A stretch of DNA of 46,394 bases from Elsinoe ampelina (taxonomy: Eukaryota): positions 5,469-51,862 of the forward strand of contig ML992515.1 in the NCBI GenBank assembly GCA_010093995.1. Direction: 5' to 3'. Positions 22,502-35,138 of this stretch are shown here, piece after piece. The stretch's first letter is position 1; each line of letters starts with the position of its first letter. Under the pieces are notes generated by a model. That model was not told where the DNA came from, made no database searches, and saw only the letters and a list, made by a program, of their open reading frames with translations. Position numbers and translations under genes: made by a program.

Positions 22502-23688
22502 TTAGTGTAGATAGCGGCGTTTATAGTCTTATATAAGGCTAGTTACGTCCCCTAAGTCTTTAATATCGTACTACGTATTGTTCTATAAGCTATATCCTTT
22601 CTATTTAACTAGATATTAAGTATACGCTTTTCTCTTTCTTATTACTATACGTTTATTAACTAGTACTTTAATTTCGTAAGAATCGTTATTATCTATAACC
22701 TTGTTAGAAGTCTCTACTAGCTCTAGCTAAGTATAGTCTATAACCTCGTAGTTATATAGGTCTTTCCCTTTCGGCGCTAGTTCTAGTTATTAAACTATAA
22801 CAACTAGATAGACATTTTTTAGTCTACCTATTATTTCTAACTTATATGCTATATATCTAACTCTTTATTCGATAGTAAAAGGGCTAGCGAACTAATTACC
22901 TAATTTCTTTAATTGTCCTAGAACCTTATATCTATAGTAGAGCCTTAAATAAACCTTGTCCTCTAGTTAAAACTTAATATCTTTATATTTCTCGTTGTAA
23001 TATTATTTCTATATTATTTGTGCGAAGTGTAGCGTATCTTCTACTAACTAGCGATTTTACTGTCTTATTATAACTAAGTCTCCCTTTAGTAAGCTATCTA
23101 ATTAGTTTACTAAATTAAAGTTTAGTTTACTTCTAAAGAGGTACTTATTAGGCGATATGCTTATACTTATATTATCGCTGTTGTTTATTATAGCTTATAA
23201 TTAATTAAGGTAGGAATTTTAACTAGACTCTAGTTAATTAGTATAGTAGTACCTAATAGCTATCTCTACTATTTAGTTAGTCCTTTCTAATTGTTTATCT
23301 ATCTATAGGTGCTAGACCGTTACTATAAGTATTTAGACTTCTATTCGGTAGAATACTCCTTTCTAGAATCCTAATAGAAAAAGAGAATCTCTATCGGAGA
23401 TAAACTAAGAGAGAAACTCCTACTTATACTACTCTATCTAATTAATCTAGGCCGCGCTCTATTCCGTAGCTGTCTAAGTTAATCTACCCTTTATAAATAA
23501 AATACATTTACTTGCCTTATAGGTTTATATTATTAGTTTGTCGTAACTATCTAGAGTTATTAGTAGTTCTATAACAAAATTAGCTACAACTATATAGTAA
23601 GGTATATTCGGAACTAGAATAGGTTAAAGTTAACTATTAGACTTATAACGAGGTAGCTTGTTTAATAAACAAGTATAATAATGTCTAA
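22502..23688 (-). pseudogene. Element C integrase core, GPF motif and chromodomain
   Basis: De-RIP readings: ISDRDPLFLSGFW, HPQTDGQSERTNQTVEIAIRYY, GDKVYLRLHHGY, AGPFTI, VHPV, QYLVKWKGYG..DDTWY..EDL; one apparent frameshift near 22625. Confidence 0.87.
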
Positions 23689-23891
23689 TAATCCTAACTA
23701 GTAAGATAAAGAGGTTAATTACGTCTATTCGTTAAGATATTAAGACTTAGAAGAAGAAGAAGAAAACTAGTATATAAAGCATATGTAATATCGAGGGCAG
23801 AGTAGCTAGAAGCCTAGGCTACGATACTAAGATTACATAACTAATCTAAACTAGATCCTAACTAAATCTAGTTCGTATCTATCTTATATTA
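23689..23891 (-). repeat. Element D 3' LTR
   Basis: Colinear with 29758-29960; ends TAAT...ATTA (RIP form of TGAT...ATCA). Confidence 0.9.
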
Positions 23892-26800
23892 CTACTTCTC
23901 CTCTTAAGCGTATTTACTCTTAAACGCTATTATATATTATTTATTAATCTATTTCGGCCTTAGCTTATCCATATAAGAGTCTAAATAGTTACGTAGCACA
24001 TTAGCTACTCCTTTAAGGTTGTTAATTAGCTACTAGGTAAGATTCTCTAGATAGCTCTTCTAGCTTATATAAGTAACTAGCTTCCCTTATAGTATACATA
24101 TATTAATTACATCGTCTACCTTATACTCTTCCTTACTATCGACCTCTACTAGAGGTAGTTCCTTAAAGGCTTAGCCTAGTAGAGAGTTATTTAGGTGCTT
24201 AGTAAGGAGGTTAGCGTAGAACACGGAGTAAATCCTTTATAGAGTAGCTAGTAGATTAAGCTTATACACTAATAGTAACTGTTTTTCGAGGATCTTATAA
24301 GGACTAACATGCTTTAGTAGTAGCTTTAGATTGCCTAGTAACTAGAGGTTCTTTGTTAATAGCTAAACTAAATTACCTACCTTAAACTCTATTAGCTAGT
24401 AGTGTCTATTAGCTTACTCTACTATTCGTAATTAGGTAATAGCGAGGTTAGTCTTAGTAATAGCTAGCGCTTCTTCTAGTTACTTAGTAAGGGCGTAAAT
24501 ATTAGTCTTATTTAGCTTAGCTCTTATTAATAGTGTATCGAAAGAGAGCTAGAAGCTTAGCTTAGACTTATATCCCCTAGTAACCTTAAATAGTAATAGC
24601 TTTATACTTTCTAATAGGCTAGTATTAGCGGAGAACTCTACTACTAGTAGAATAAGAGTCTAATTACTAAAACGTATAGTATATAAATAAATAACCTACT
24701 TAAACTTGCAATTTATAACCTCTAATTAGCTATCTATTTATAGATGCTCTATAGTAGATAGTTTAGTAGTAATCTTTAGGATTTAGTAGAGCCTTTTCTA
24801 TACGTCGCTAACGAACTAAGGGCTATAGTTAGAGGTAATACTATCTAGTAGGCCGTATAGTCTCTAAACATAGAAGAATAATAACTTAGTAGTCTTAAAC
24901 GCTAAGGTACCTCCTTCTCTAGAGAAGTAAGAGATTAAGTGTCGTTCCTTAGATAAGTAATTAATAATATATAGTACTATATTATAGCTATCTACTAAGA
25001 GTAGGCTAGTAACGAAATCTATAGTAATATGTTACTAAGGCCTTTCCGGAATAGGCAATAGCGATAAGAGGCCGGCTAGTAAACTATAATAAGCCTTTAA
25101 ACGCTTATAGTTATAATAGTTAGCGACGAACCTCTTAATATTACTATTATATCTAGGGATATAGAAAGTAAACTTTATTATAGTAGCTATCTTAGTAGCT
25201 CCTACGTATATATAATTCTTTAATGTATAAACTCCTTAGATAACCTTTATAGCTATAGAGAAAGGCACGATTAGTTAGCTATCGGCCTATAGTATTCCCT
25301 TTTTAATTATAACATTAGTCGATAGTAGCTATTTCCTCTTTAGGAAGACTTCTATTATATAGTAGATGCTACGAACTGTCTTAAAATTAAGGTCTTATAG
25401 GTTAGCTTTAGCTACTTTGTCGAAAAGGGGTAAAGGCTCTTTTATAGCTAAGATAGGTGCTACGTAGATGTCTAGTTTAGTAGCTAAAATAAGCACCGAT
25501 ATAGGTAGTAAAATAGAAGGTAAAATAGGTAACGAACTAGACAATAAACTAGTTCGCGAACTAGATACTAAACTAGATCTTAGTTCGGCTTAGATTAGTA
25601 ATCTAGTTTAGATACGACCTAGATTTAGTTTATTAATAATATACTAATCTAGCACCTTATATAGTAGTAGTGTCTAGCGTAGATTAGAGTTTTCTTTCGA
25701 ATATAGTATATCTCTATTCCTCCTTATAAGTACGTCGGCCTTACTATTAGTAGCGCTAGGCCTATATATAATCTTAAAGTTAAACTACGTAAGATAGAGA
25801 GCCTAGCGCGCTTAGTAGCGCGACAGCTTCTAAGTCTTTATAAAGTGTATTAAGGATTAGTAGTTAGTAAGAATATAGATAGCCTTATTAGATTAAGTAC
25901 TTATAAGCTTAGGGGTCTACTTCTTAAAGGCTTAGATAATAGCTAGTAGTTCCTTATCGTAGATAGCGTAGTTACGTTTAGCTTTATTTATAAATTTACT
26001 AAAAAAGGTAATAGGCTAGAGAATATTAGACTTATTATATTACGACAGAATTCTAGTAGTAGTAGTGTCGGAGGTATCTATCTTAAGGACTATCTATTTC
26101 GAGCAATCGAAGTACGTAAGGATAGACGCGCTTATAATAGTATACTTTATATAATTAAATATAGTAATATACTTATTATTCTATAGTATAGTGTCCTTCT
26201 TAAGTAGATTATTTAGTAGCTTAGTAATAGTGCTAAATCCCTTAATAAAGTAATAATAGTAGCTATAGAAGCTATAGAAGCTAATAAAGCTTCTTACCTA
26301 AGTAGTATTACTAGAGGCTAGCTATTTCTACACTTATATAGCTTCTACCTTCTTAGGATCTATCTTAACTCTATCTTAGCTAATAATAATACTAAGGTAC
26401 TTTACCTCCGTTAGGTAGAACTTACTCTTCTTAATATTAGTATTTAGGCCTAATTTATAGAGCCTCTAGAGTACTAGCTTAATATGCTTAGTATACTCTT
26501 AGTAAGAGTCGTTCGTATAGATAAGAATATTATTTAGATAGATTAACATAAAGCGCTCTAGTATATCGACAAAGTTATAATTTATAAATCTCTACTAGAC
26601 TATAAGGGCATTAGTAAGGCCGAATAGTATTACTAGCTACTTAAAGTTGCTTATATATATAGAGAATATAGTAAGATCTTTACTATTAATAGAGTTATAG
26701 AGGTAGTAGAAGGCTTAATAAATATTAATCTTACTAAACTATTTAGCCTTACTTACGCGTGTAAGTGTTTCTTTAATAAGAAGTAGAGGATAAATATCTT

Positions 26801-29757
26801 ACTTAGTTACCTTATTAAGGCTATAGTAGTTAACGTAGAGATAGAGTTCTTTATCTAGCTTATAAACAAAGAGAATAGATAAGGAATAGCTAGCGGAACT
26901 TAGTATAATAAAGCCTTTATTAAAATATTCTTAGATAAATTATTCTACTATATTAAGTTCTTCTAGCAATAGGTAGTATAAAGGCTCTATATATAGTAGC
27001 TTAGTACTATCTTTAAGTATAATACAGTTGTTAAAATCCGGCCGATACTAAGGAAGTATATTAGATTATTCTTTAGAAAAGATATTAGTAAACTCTTAAA
27101 GCTTCTCTAGGAGAACTACTATAGAGTCTAGTTCTAGTTTAGAGACTATTTAGTAGTAATCCTCGATGTTCTTTACTAATATTATAAACACCTTATTCTT
27201 TTAGTATTTAGCTACTAATATAAAGGTAATAGCACTAATAAAGGCAATAGTTAGCTCTTCTTATTTAGCATTACTTACGTAGGTAAGTATATAGAAGAAC
27301 TTATACATTAACTAAGTACTATAGGAGATTAGCTTAAACTCTCTATAATTTAGCTTAAAGTTCGACCTAAGAGCTAGTAGTTAATATAGTCTAGTTCGTT
27401 CTAACTTAGTAGCCGAGCTAGAACTTAGTTTATAAGTTAGACTAGAACTAAACTAGTTCTAAACTAGGGCGGCGGCTCTACCGAGCTAGATTCCTAGATC
27501 TAAGCTAGGCTTAGATCTAGATTCTAGTCTTTTAATTAGCTATAGTAGCTCTTGCTTAATAACTATCGGCGAAAACTCTTCTTTATATATAACTTAGTTG
27601 TGCTTATAGTCGATAGTAGCTCTATTAGCCTTAAGTTAGCTAAGGCTAAGAATAATATTAAATTAGCTAATATCTATAATATAAAAGGTAGTAAGGTTAT
27701 TTAGCTTACTAGAAACAGTAGTAGTAAGGGGAATACTATATATAACTTACTCTATTAGAACACTATTATAGGCTTAAAGCTAAATAGAACTAGCTAGTGC
27801 TATAGAGTAGCCGAAGCTCTTTAGCTTATTAAGGATGTTATAATTAACTACGGCGCTAATAAGCGCGCTAGTGTCGATAAAGACTTAGAGCGTAATAGTG
27901 TAAGAGTAGTTATAAGAGTTATAAATAGTAATAGGAGTTATAATAGCGAGGATATAGTAGCTAATAACGCTGTTTATTAAATATACACCTCCTCTAGATC
28001 TATCTCGAATTACTCTTATTCTACTAGAGAATAGAACTTATCCTCTAGCTACTCGTTTCTCTAGCTAGAGTAGCTAGTAGACTTATAGTCTATTTCGGAG
28101 TTAAACTAAGGCTAAACTAGATCTAGTTTATAGGCCGAACTAGTATCGACCTAGTTACTTAATTCGGCTAAGCAATTCTAAAGCTACTATATCTCCTCTA
28201 TAGCGCTAATATATATAGGGCATATAGTAGCGTAAGTAGCCTTCTCTAAGGCGCTAGCTATATACTTAGTAGAGATATATCTAAGCTTACTATATATATA
28301 ATAGGTAAGTGCTAGAGCTAGATAGAAAGGCTATAGAGCACCTCTAGTAATAGAGTAGAAGGTAGGCGGAGCTATAGGTATAGAGGTAGAATAAGGTACG
28401 TAAGTAGGTATAGTAGCGGCGTAGCTTATAGCTAGTATAGAATATAAAGCCTAAGTACGCTTAGTAATAAGATTATTCTATTAGATGTTATAGTTAGTAG
28501 CGTAGGCCTTAGTAATAAAGGTAGTAAGGTTATTAGTGTCGTAGTTAACTAGAGCATTACGTAGCTTGTTAGATATCTTCTAATAGATCTAGTATAGCTA
28601 CTTCTCTTTAGTAATCTTAGTATAAAGAGTATACTTATTAAACTTACTAATAAAGGAGTTAAATATACTATTACGCTAGAAGAGATTAGTAAACTAAGTA
28701 TATAGTAGCCCTATAGTTAAGATTCTTAAAGCGCTAGACTAAGAAAGTAAGGACCTCTTCGACGCTAATAACGTTATTACTAGCTAAGTCTATAATAAGA
28801 GTATAGGCTTCTCTAGAGAGGTATAAGTATAGATAGGTAAACTAGGTATCTCTTATAGAGAAACGATCTACGTTAGTGTATATCTTATTTCTTATCTAGT
28901 ACTTAAAGACCTTAAACTACTCTAGTATACCTGTACTAAAGATAGTAGAGTCTAGTATCTTTTCTAATAAGGTAGAGCCGCGTATAGAAAGAGCTAGTAT
29001 ACTATACTCTATCTCGTTTCTTAGTTAGTTTACCTTAGCCTTAAGCTTTTAGATTTTGTCTAGGTAGTAAGTAGCTTAGGTAGTAACGCTATTAGTATAG
29101 AACTAAGATACGTCTAGTTCGAATTAGAGGTTACTAAGCTAGGCCTAAGTAGTATCTAACTTATAGTAATAGTAGAGAGCGTTAGTATAAGTGCCTTTTA
29201 CCTACGTAGTCTACTTATTATAGAAGAACTTAATATAGTTAAATATGTCTCTTAGTACCTATATACTATACTCTTTCTATAGCTTCTTAAGAAGTATAGC
29301 GTTAGAGAAGGCAAAAAGATTATAGTAGAAGAAGTAGATAGAAGTATTATTATTATTAGGGATAGGTTAAGGTAGCTTATTTTAGTAGCGCTCTTCGTTA
29401 CTATAGTTAGATTAAGCTATGCTTAGTATAGTTAGTTATAAATAAAACAGTGTAAAACGTTAATATATAACAAAGAGAATATTAAAATTTTTAGCTAGCG
29501 GCCTACTTCCTTTAAGAGTTATCTATAACTCGACTTATTACCTTCTTCTTATATCTTTAAGGTTTATAGTATTAACCTATATAGCGGCAGCGAGAATCTA
29601 TTATAGTATACGTAGGAACTATAGTTATAATAGCTTCTTCTTTAATTCTTTAATTCTTTATAAGTAATAGTTATTAGTAGTTACGTAAGTAGTAGAATAA
29701 CTAGATAGTTTAATAGCTCTATCGCTTAGTCGTAGTTATTTTAAAGTCTCGATATAG

Positions 29758-29960
29758 TAATTCTAACTAGTAAGATAAAGAGGTTAATTACGTCTATTCG
29801 TTAAGATATTAAGACTTAGAAGAAGAAGAAGAAAACTAGTATATAAAGTACATATAATATCGAGAGCGAAGTAGCTAGAAGCCCGGGCTATAATACTAAG
29901 ATTACGTAACTAATCTAAACTAGATCCTAACTAAATCTAGTTCGTATCTATCTCGCATTA
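29758..29960 (-). repeat. Element D 5' LTR (repeated at 32759-32961 inside the gap duplication)
   Basis: 203 bp, colinear with 23689-23891. Confidence 0.9.
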
Positions 29961-32137
29961 TCTAATATACTTTCTAAGCTTATAGCTTAGGTTCTTTATG
30001 TATATAAATGCTATAAGTTAGTTATATATATAGTTAAAGCCTAAATAGAAATAGTTATCGTACGCTTATTAGAATAGTTCCTTTTTAAGGTACTCCGGAA
30101 TATATAATCTCTCTCTTCCGTCCGTAGAGTTCTTATAATAGAGCAAATTATCTTTCTAAAAGAAGAGATAGTTAATCTATACTATATTTTCTTCTATAGG
30201 TTATTCTTTAGCTAGTTAACTTCTCTTTTCCTCTGCTAGCTTAACTAATTCGAGAGTCTTTATCTAACTATCCTCTCTTAAAAGGCTAGCTTTAAGTTCC
30301 CTCTTAAAGTCTTTATCTAGTTTAACTAGTATAGAGTAAAATATATAAGAGAAAAAGTTAAGGACCTTCTTAGTTATATCTCTAGTAACCTCTTCTTTTA
30401 AGGAATTAGATATTAACTAGCTTAATACGTCTAGGATTTTGTATATTCTCCCTAGTCTATATTAAACATCGAGCCTAAACTACGATAGGTAGTTAGCTAC
30501 GTATACTAATTTAAAGTTAAGCTTATTAGTTAAAGTTATAGTTATTAGGCTATATTATTTTAAAATAGCTATTATAGTATAATAGTCCGTAAAGATAAAG
30601 ATGTTCTTTTTACTACCTTTAATTATATAGTAGACCTTATAGACAACCTAAACTAGTCTAGCTATTTCGAGTTCTATAGGCTAGTAATATATCTCTACGT
30701 CTATTAAGGCCTTACTTAAGAATATTATTAGTTCTATATCCTTGGCTTTGAACTTTATTACTTTACTATTCTCTATAATAGGTTAAGAGTCTCTCTTAAC
30801 TATATAAATAAGTGCTTTAATTCTAACTCTAGACATGTCTATATCGATATATAATTATTAATTAGAGTTAGAGTGTCGTAGGAATAAGTAGTTATAGAAC
30901 TAGTTCTAGAGCGTCTTAAAGGCCTTATAAGCCTTCTTATTATCTTACTTAACTATTGTTTTTTCCGTGTACCTTTTCCGTAAGTTACCTTTAGTACTTA
31001 GGCTTACTTTTAGTAGTTGTATTTTCTTCTTCTATAGTAGTTCGACAATCTAAGCGTAGTAGGGAATATATAGCCGTATAAATCTAGTTAACCTAAGGTA
31101 GTACTCTAGGTCTTTTAGGTTCTTTAGGAACTCTAGTGCTAGAATAGCTTTTAGTTGTTTCTTTTATATCGATATACCTAGGCCTAACACCTATTAGCTA
31201 AGTAGTAAGACTAATAGGTAGCCTATAAAGGTCTTTTTAGAGCTAATACTAATTCGGTGTATAAGTAAGATTAAGTAGACAAGTTCTAGATGTTCTATAT
31301 GTTTCTCGATAGTTGTACTAAAAATAATAATATTATCTATATAGGCTCGGCAAAATCGCTATAATTTCTATAGGATCTTATCGAGTATCTATTAGACGTA
31401 CTATATACTACTACTCTAACCTATTAGAGCTATAAGGAATTACTCTTGTCTACGGTAAGTGTTTACTATAAACTTATACCTTTTACTCTTCTTAGTTAAC
31501 TATTAGTAGAAGAATATAACTATATCTATAGTTATAATATACTTTACACTACGTAGAGCCGCGATTAGGTCTAACTATAAAGGAACAAGGTAGCTATTCT
31601 TTTAACTAATCTTATTAAGGCTACGAATGTTAACTACTAGTTTACCTTTTCGTTTTAGCTTCTTATTAACTAGGACGTCCTTCTATACTATAAAGACTAG
31701 GAACCTAAAAGGCGTTAGGCAAGTTATAAACTATATCTTACCTTCTATATAGAGTTTATTAAAAGTATTATCGATAACCTGTCTAGCTAGAGCGCTTAGT
31801 AGGTAAAGGCGAGTTAACATTATTAATACCTTCTTTTCCTAGCCTTCGATTAATAGTATCTCTATTCTCTTACTTTCTAGAAGATTAACTATTATACTCT
31901 TATCTATCTATAACTTACTAAATTTTTCTATAAGAGCTATAAGTTATACTACTACTTATAGTTCTTCTATATATATTATAATTCTATTTAGTAACTTTAC
32001 CTCTATTGTAGTTAGTTAGACTATTAGTAGTTTATTTAGCCTCTCTATAATATCTTAGTCTAGGAGAGGTTATATATTTCTTTCTAGTTACTTTTTTCCT
32101 AAAAGCGCTTCTAGAGTATAGTCTTCGTTAACCTAGT
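29961..32137 (-). pseudogene. Element C pol: RT, RNase H and integrase zinc finger (repeated at 32962-35138)
   Basis: De-RIP readings: AYIDDIVIF ~31320-31346, YIDVD ~30835-30852, YWPTELE ~30665-30690, VFTDH ~30583-30600, AHD..FHLGF ~30035-30065. Confidence 0.85.
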
Positions 32138-35100
32138 TGTTACGAACCGTCTAAACATAGCCTATGCTAGTAGTCTAAGCTAAGCCAGGAACGAGGTAGT
32201 TCTACTTCTATAGTAGTATAGTACTAAGGTAAGAGTCGGAGAAGGTATGTCTTATAGATAATAAAGTACAATTAGATAGTATTATAAAGGCTAGCCTTAG
32301 TAATACTAGTGTTTGCTATCTAGACAAGGTTAACTATAGTACTTATATAAGGTAAGGACTATTCCTATATACATGTGTTCTCTATTGTGTTCTCTATNNN
32401 NNNNNNNTTAGATTAAGCTATGCTTAGTATAGTTAGTTATAAATAAAACAGTGTAAAACGTTAATATATAACAAAGAGAATATTAAAATTTTTAGCTAGC
32501 GGCCTACTTCCTTTAAGAGTTATCTATAACTCGACTTATTACCTTCTTCTTATATCTTTAAGGTTTATAGTATTAACCTATATAGCGGCAGCGAGAATCT
32601 ATTATAGTATACGTAGGAACTATAGTTATAATAGCTTCTTCTTTAATTCTTTAATTCTTTATAAGTAATAGTTATTAGTAGTTACGTAAGTAGTAGAATA
32701 ACTAGATAGTTTAATAGCTCTATCGCTTAGTCGTAGTTATTTTAAAGTCTCGATATAGTAATTCTAACTAGTAAGATAAAGAGGTTAATTACGTCTATTC
32801 GTTAAGATATTAAGACTTAGAAGAAGAAGAAGAAAACTAGTATATAAAGTACATATAATATCGAGAGCGAAGTAGCTAGAAGCCCGGGCTATAATACTAA
32901 GATTACGTAACTAATCTAAACTAGATCCTAACTAAATCTAGTTCGTATCTATCTCGCATTATCTAATATACTTTCTAAGCTTATAGCTTAGGTTCTTTAT
33001 GTATATAAATGCTATAAGTTAGTTATATATATAGTTAAAGCCTAAATAGAAATAGTTATCGTACGCTTATTAGAATAGTTCCTTTTTAAGGTACTCCGGA
33101 ATATATAATCTCTCTCTTCCGTCCGTAGAGTTCTTATAATAGAGCAAATTATCTTTCTAAAAGAAGAGATAGTTAATCTATACTATATTTTCTTCTATAG
33201 GTTATTCTTTAGCTAGTTAACTTCTCTTTTCCTCTGCTAGCTTAACTAATTCGAGAGTCTTTATCTAACTATCCTCTCTTAAAAGGCTAGCTTTAAGTTC
33301 CCTCTTAAAGTCTTTATCTAGTTTAACTAGTATAGAGTAAAATATATAAGAGAAAAAGTTAAGGACCTTCTTAGTTATATCTCTAGTAACCTCTTCTTTT
33401 AAGGAATTAGATATTAACTAGCTTAATACGTCTAGGATTTTGTATATTCTCCCTAGTCTATATTAAACATCGAGCCTAAACTACGATAGGTAGTTAGCTA
33501 CGTATACTAATTTAAAGTTAAGCTTATTAGTTAAAGTTATAGTTATTAGGCTATATTATTTTAAAATAGCTATTATAGTATAATAGTCCGTAAAGATAAA
33601 GATGTTCTTTTTACTACCTTTAATTATATAGTAGACCTTATAGACAACCTAAACTAGTCTAGCTATTTCGAGTTCTATAGGCTAGTAATATATCTCTACG
33701 TCTATTAAGGCCTTACTTAAGAATATTATTAGTTCTATATCCTTGGCTTTGAACTTTATTACTTTACTATTCTCTATAATAGGTTAAGAGTCTCTCTTAA
33801 CTATATAAATAAGTGCTTTAATTCTAACTCTAGACATGTCTATATCGATATATAATTATTAATTAGAGTTAGAGTGTCGTAGGAATAAGTAGTTATAGAA
33901 CTAGTTCTAGAGCGTCTTAAAGGCCTTATAAGCCTTCTTATTATCTTACTTAACTATTGTTTTTTCCGTGTACCTTTTCCGTAAGTTACCTTTAGTACTT
34001 AGGCTTACTTTTAGTAGTTGTATTTTCTTCTTCTATAGTAGTTCGACAATCTAAGCGTAGTAGGGAATATATAGCCGTATAAATCTAGTTAACCTAAGGT
34101 AGTACTCTAGGTCTTTTAGGTTCTTTAGGAACTCTAGTGCTAGAATAGCTTTTAGTTGTTTCTTTTATATCGATATACCTAGGCCTAACACCTATTAGCT
34201 AAGTAGTAAGACTAATAGGTAGCCTATAAAGGTCTTTTTAGAGCTAATACTAATTCGGTGTATAAGTAAGATTAAGTAGACAAGTTCTAGATGTTCTATA
34301 TGTTTCTCGATAGTTGTACTAAAAATAATAATATTATCTATATAGGCTCGGCAAAATCGCTATAATTTCTATAGGATCTTATCGAGTATCTATTAGACGT
34401 ACTATATACTACTACTCTAACCTATTAGAGCTATAAGGAATTACTCTTGTCTACGGTAAGTGTTTACTATAAACTTATACCTTTTACTCTTCTTAGTTAA
34501 CTATTAGTAGAAGAATATAACTATATCTATAGTTATAATATACTTTACACTACGTAGAGCCGCGATTAGGTCTAACTATAAAGGAACAAGGTAGCTATTC
34601 TTTTAACTAATCTTATTAAGGCTACGAATGTTAACTACTAGTTTACCTTTTCGTTTTAGCTTCTTATTAACTAGGACGTCCTTCTATACTATAAAGACTA
34701 GGAACCTAAAAGGCGTTAGGCAAGTTATAAACTATATCTTACCTTCTATATAGAGTTTATTAAAAGTATTATCGATAACCTGTCTAGCTAGAGCGCTTAG
34801 TAGGTAAAGGCGAGTTAACATTATTAATACCTTCTTTTCCTAGCCTTCGATTAATAGTATCTCTATTCTCTTACTTTCTAGAAGATTAACTATTATACTC
34901 TTATCTATCTATAACTTACTAAATTTTTCTATAAGAGCTATAAGTTATACTACTACTTATAGTTCTTCTATATATATTATAATTCTATTTAGTAACTTTA
35001 CCTCTATTGTAGTTAGTTAGACTATTAGTAGTTTATTTAGCCTCTCTATAATATCTTAGTCTAGGAGAGGTTATATATTTCTTTCTAGTTACTTTTTTCC

Positions 35101-35138
35101 TAAAAGCGCTTCTAGAGTATAGTCTTCGTTAACCTAGT

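Larger units (their letters stand above)
23689..29960 (-). mobile_element. Complete Ty3/Gypsy chromovirus-type element D (6272 bp), inserted in the integrase of element C
   Basis: 203-bp LTRs at 23689-23891 and 29758-29960, TSD TCTAA (23684-23688 and 29961-29965), polypurine tract at ~23892-23905. Approximate domains: chromodomain 23980-24140, IN 24200-25300, RH 25800-26100, RT 26300-26950, protease FVDTGA ~27870, gag 28050-29430. Confidence 0.92.
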
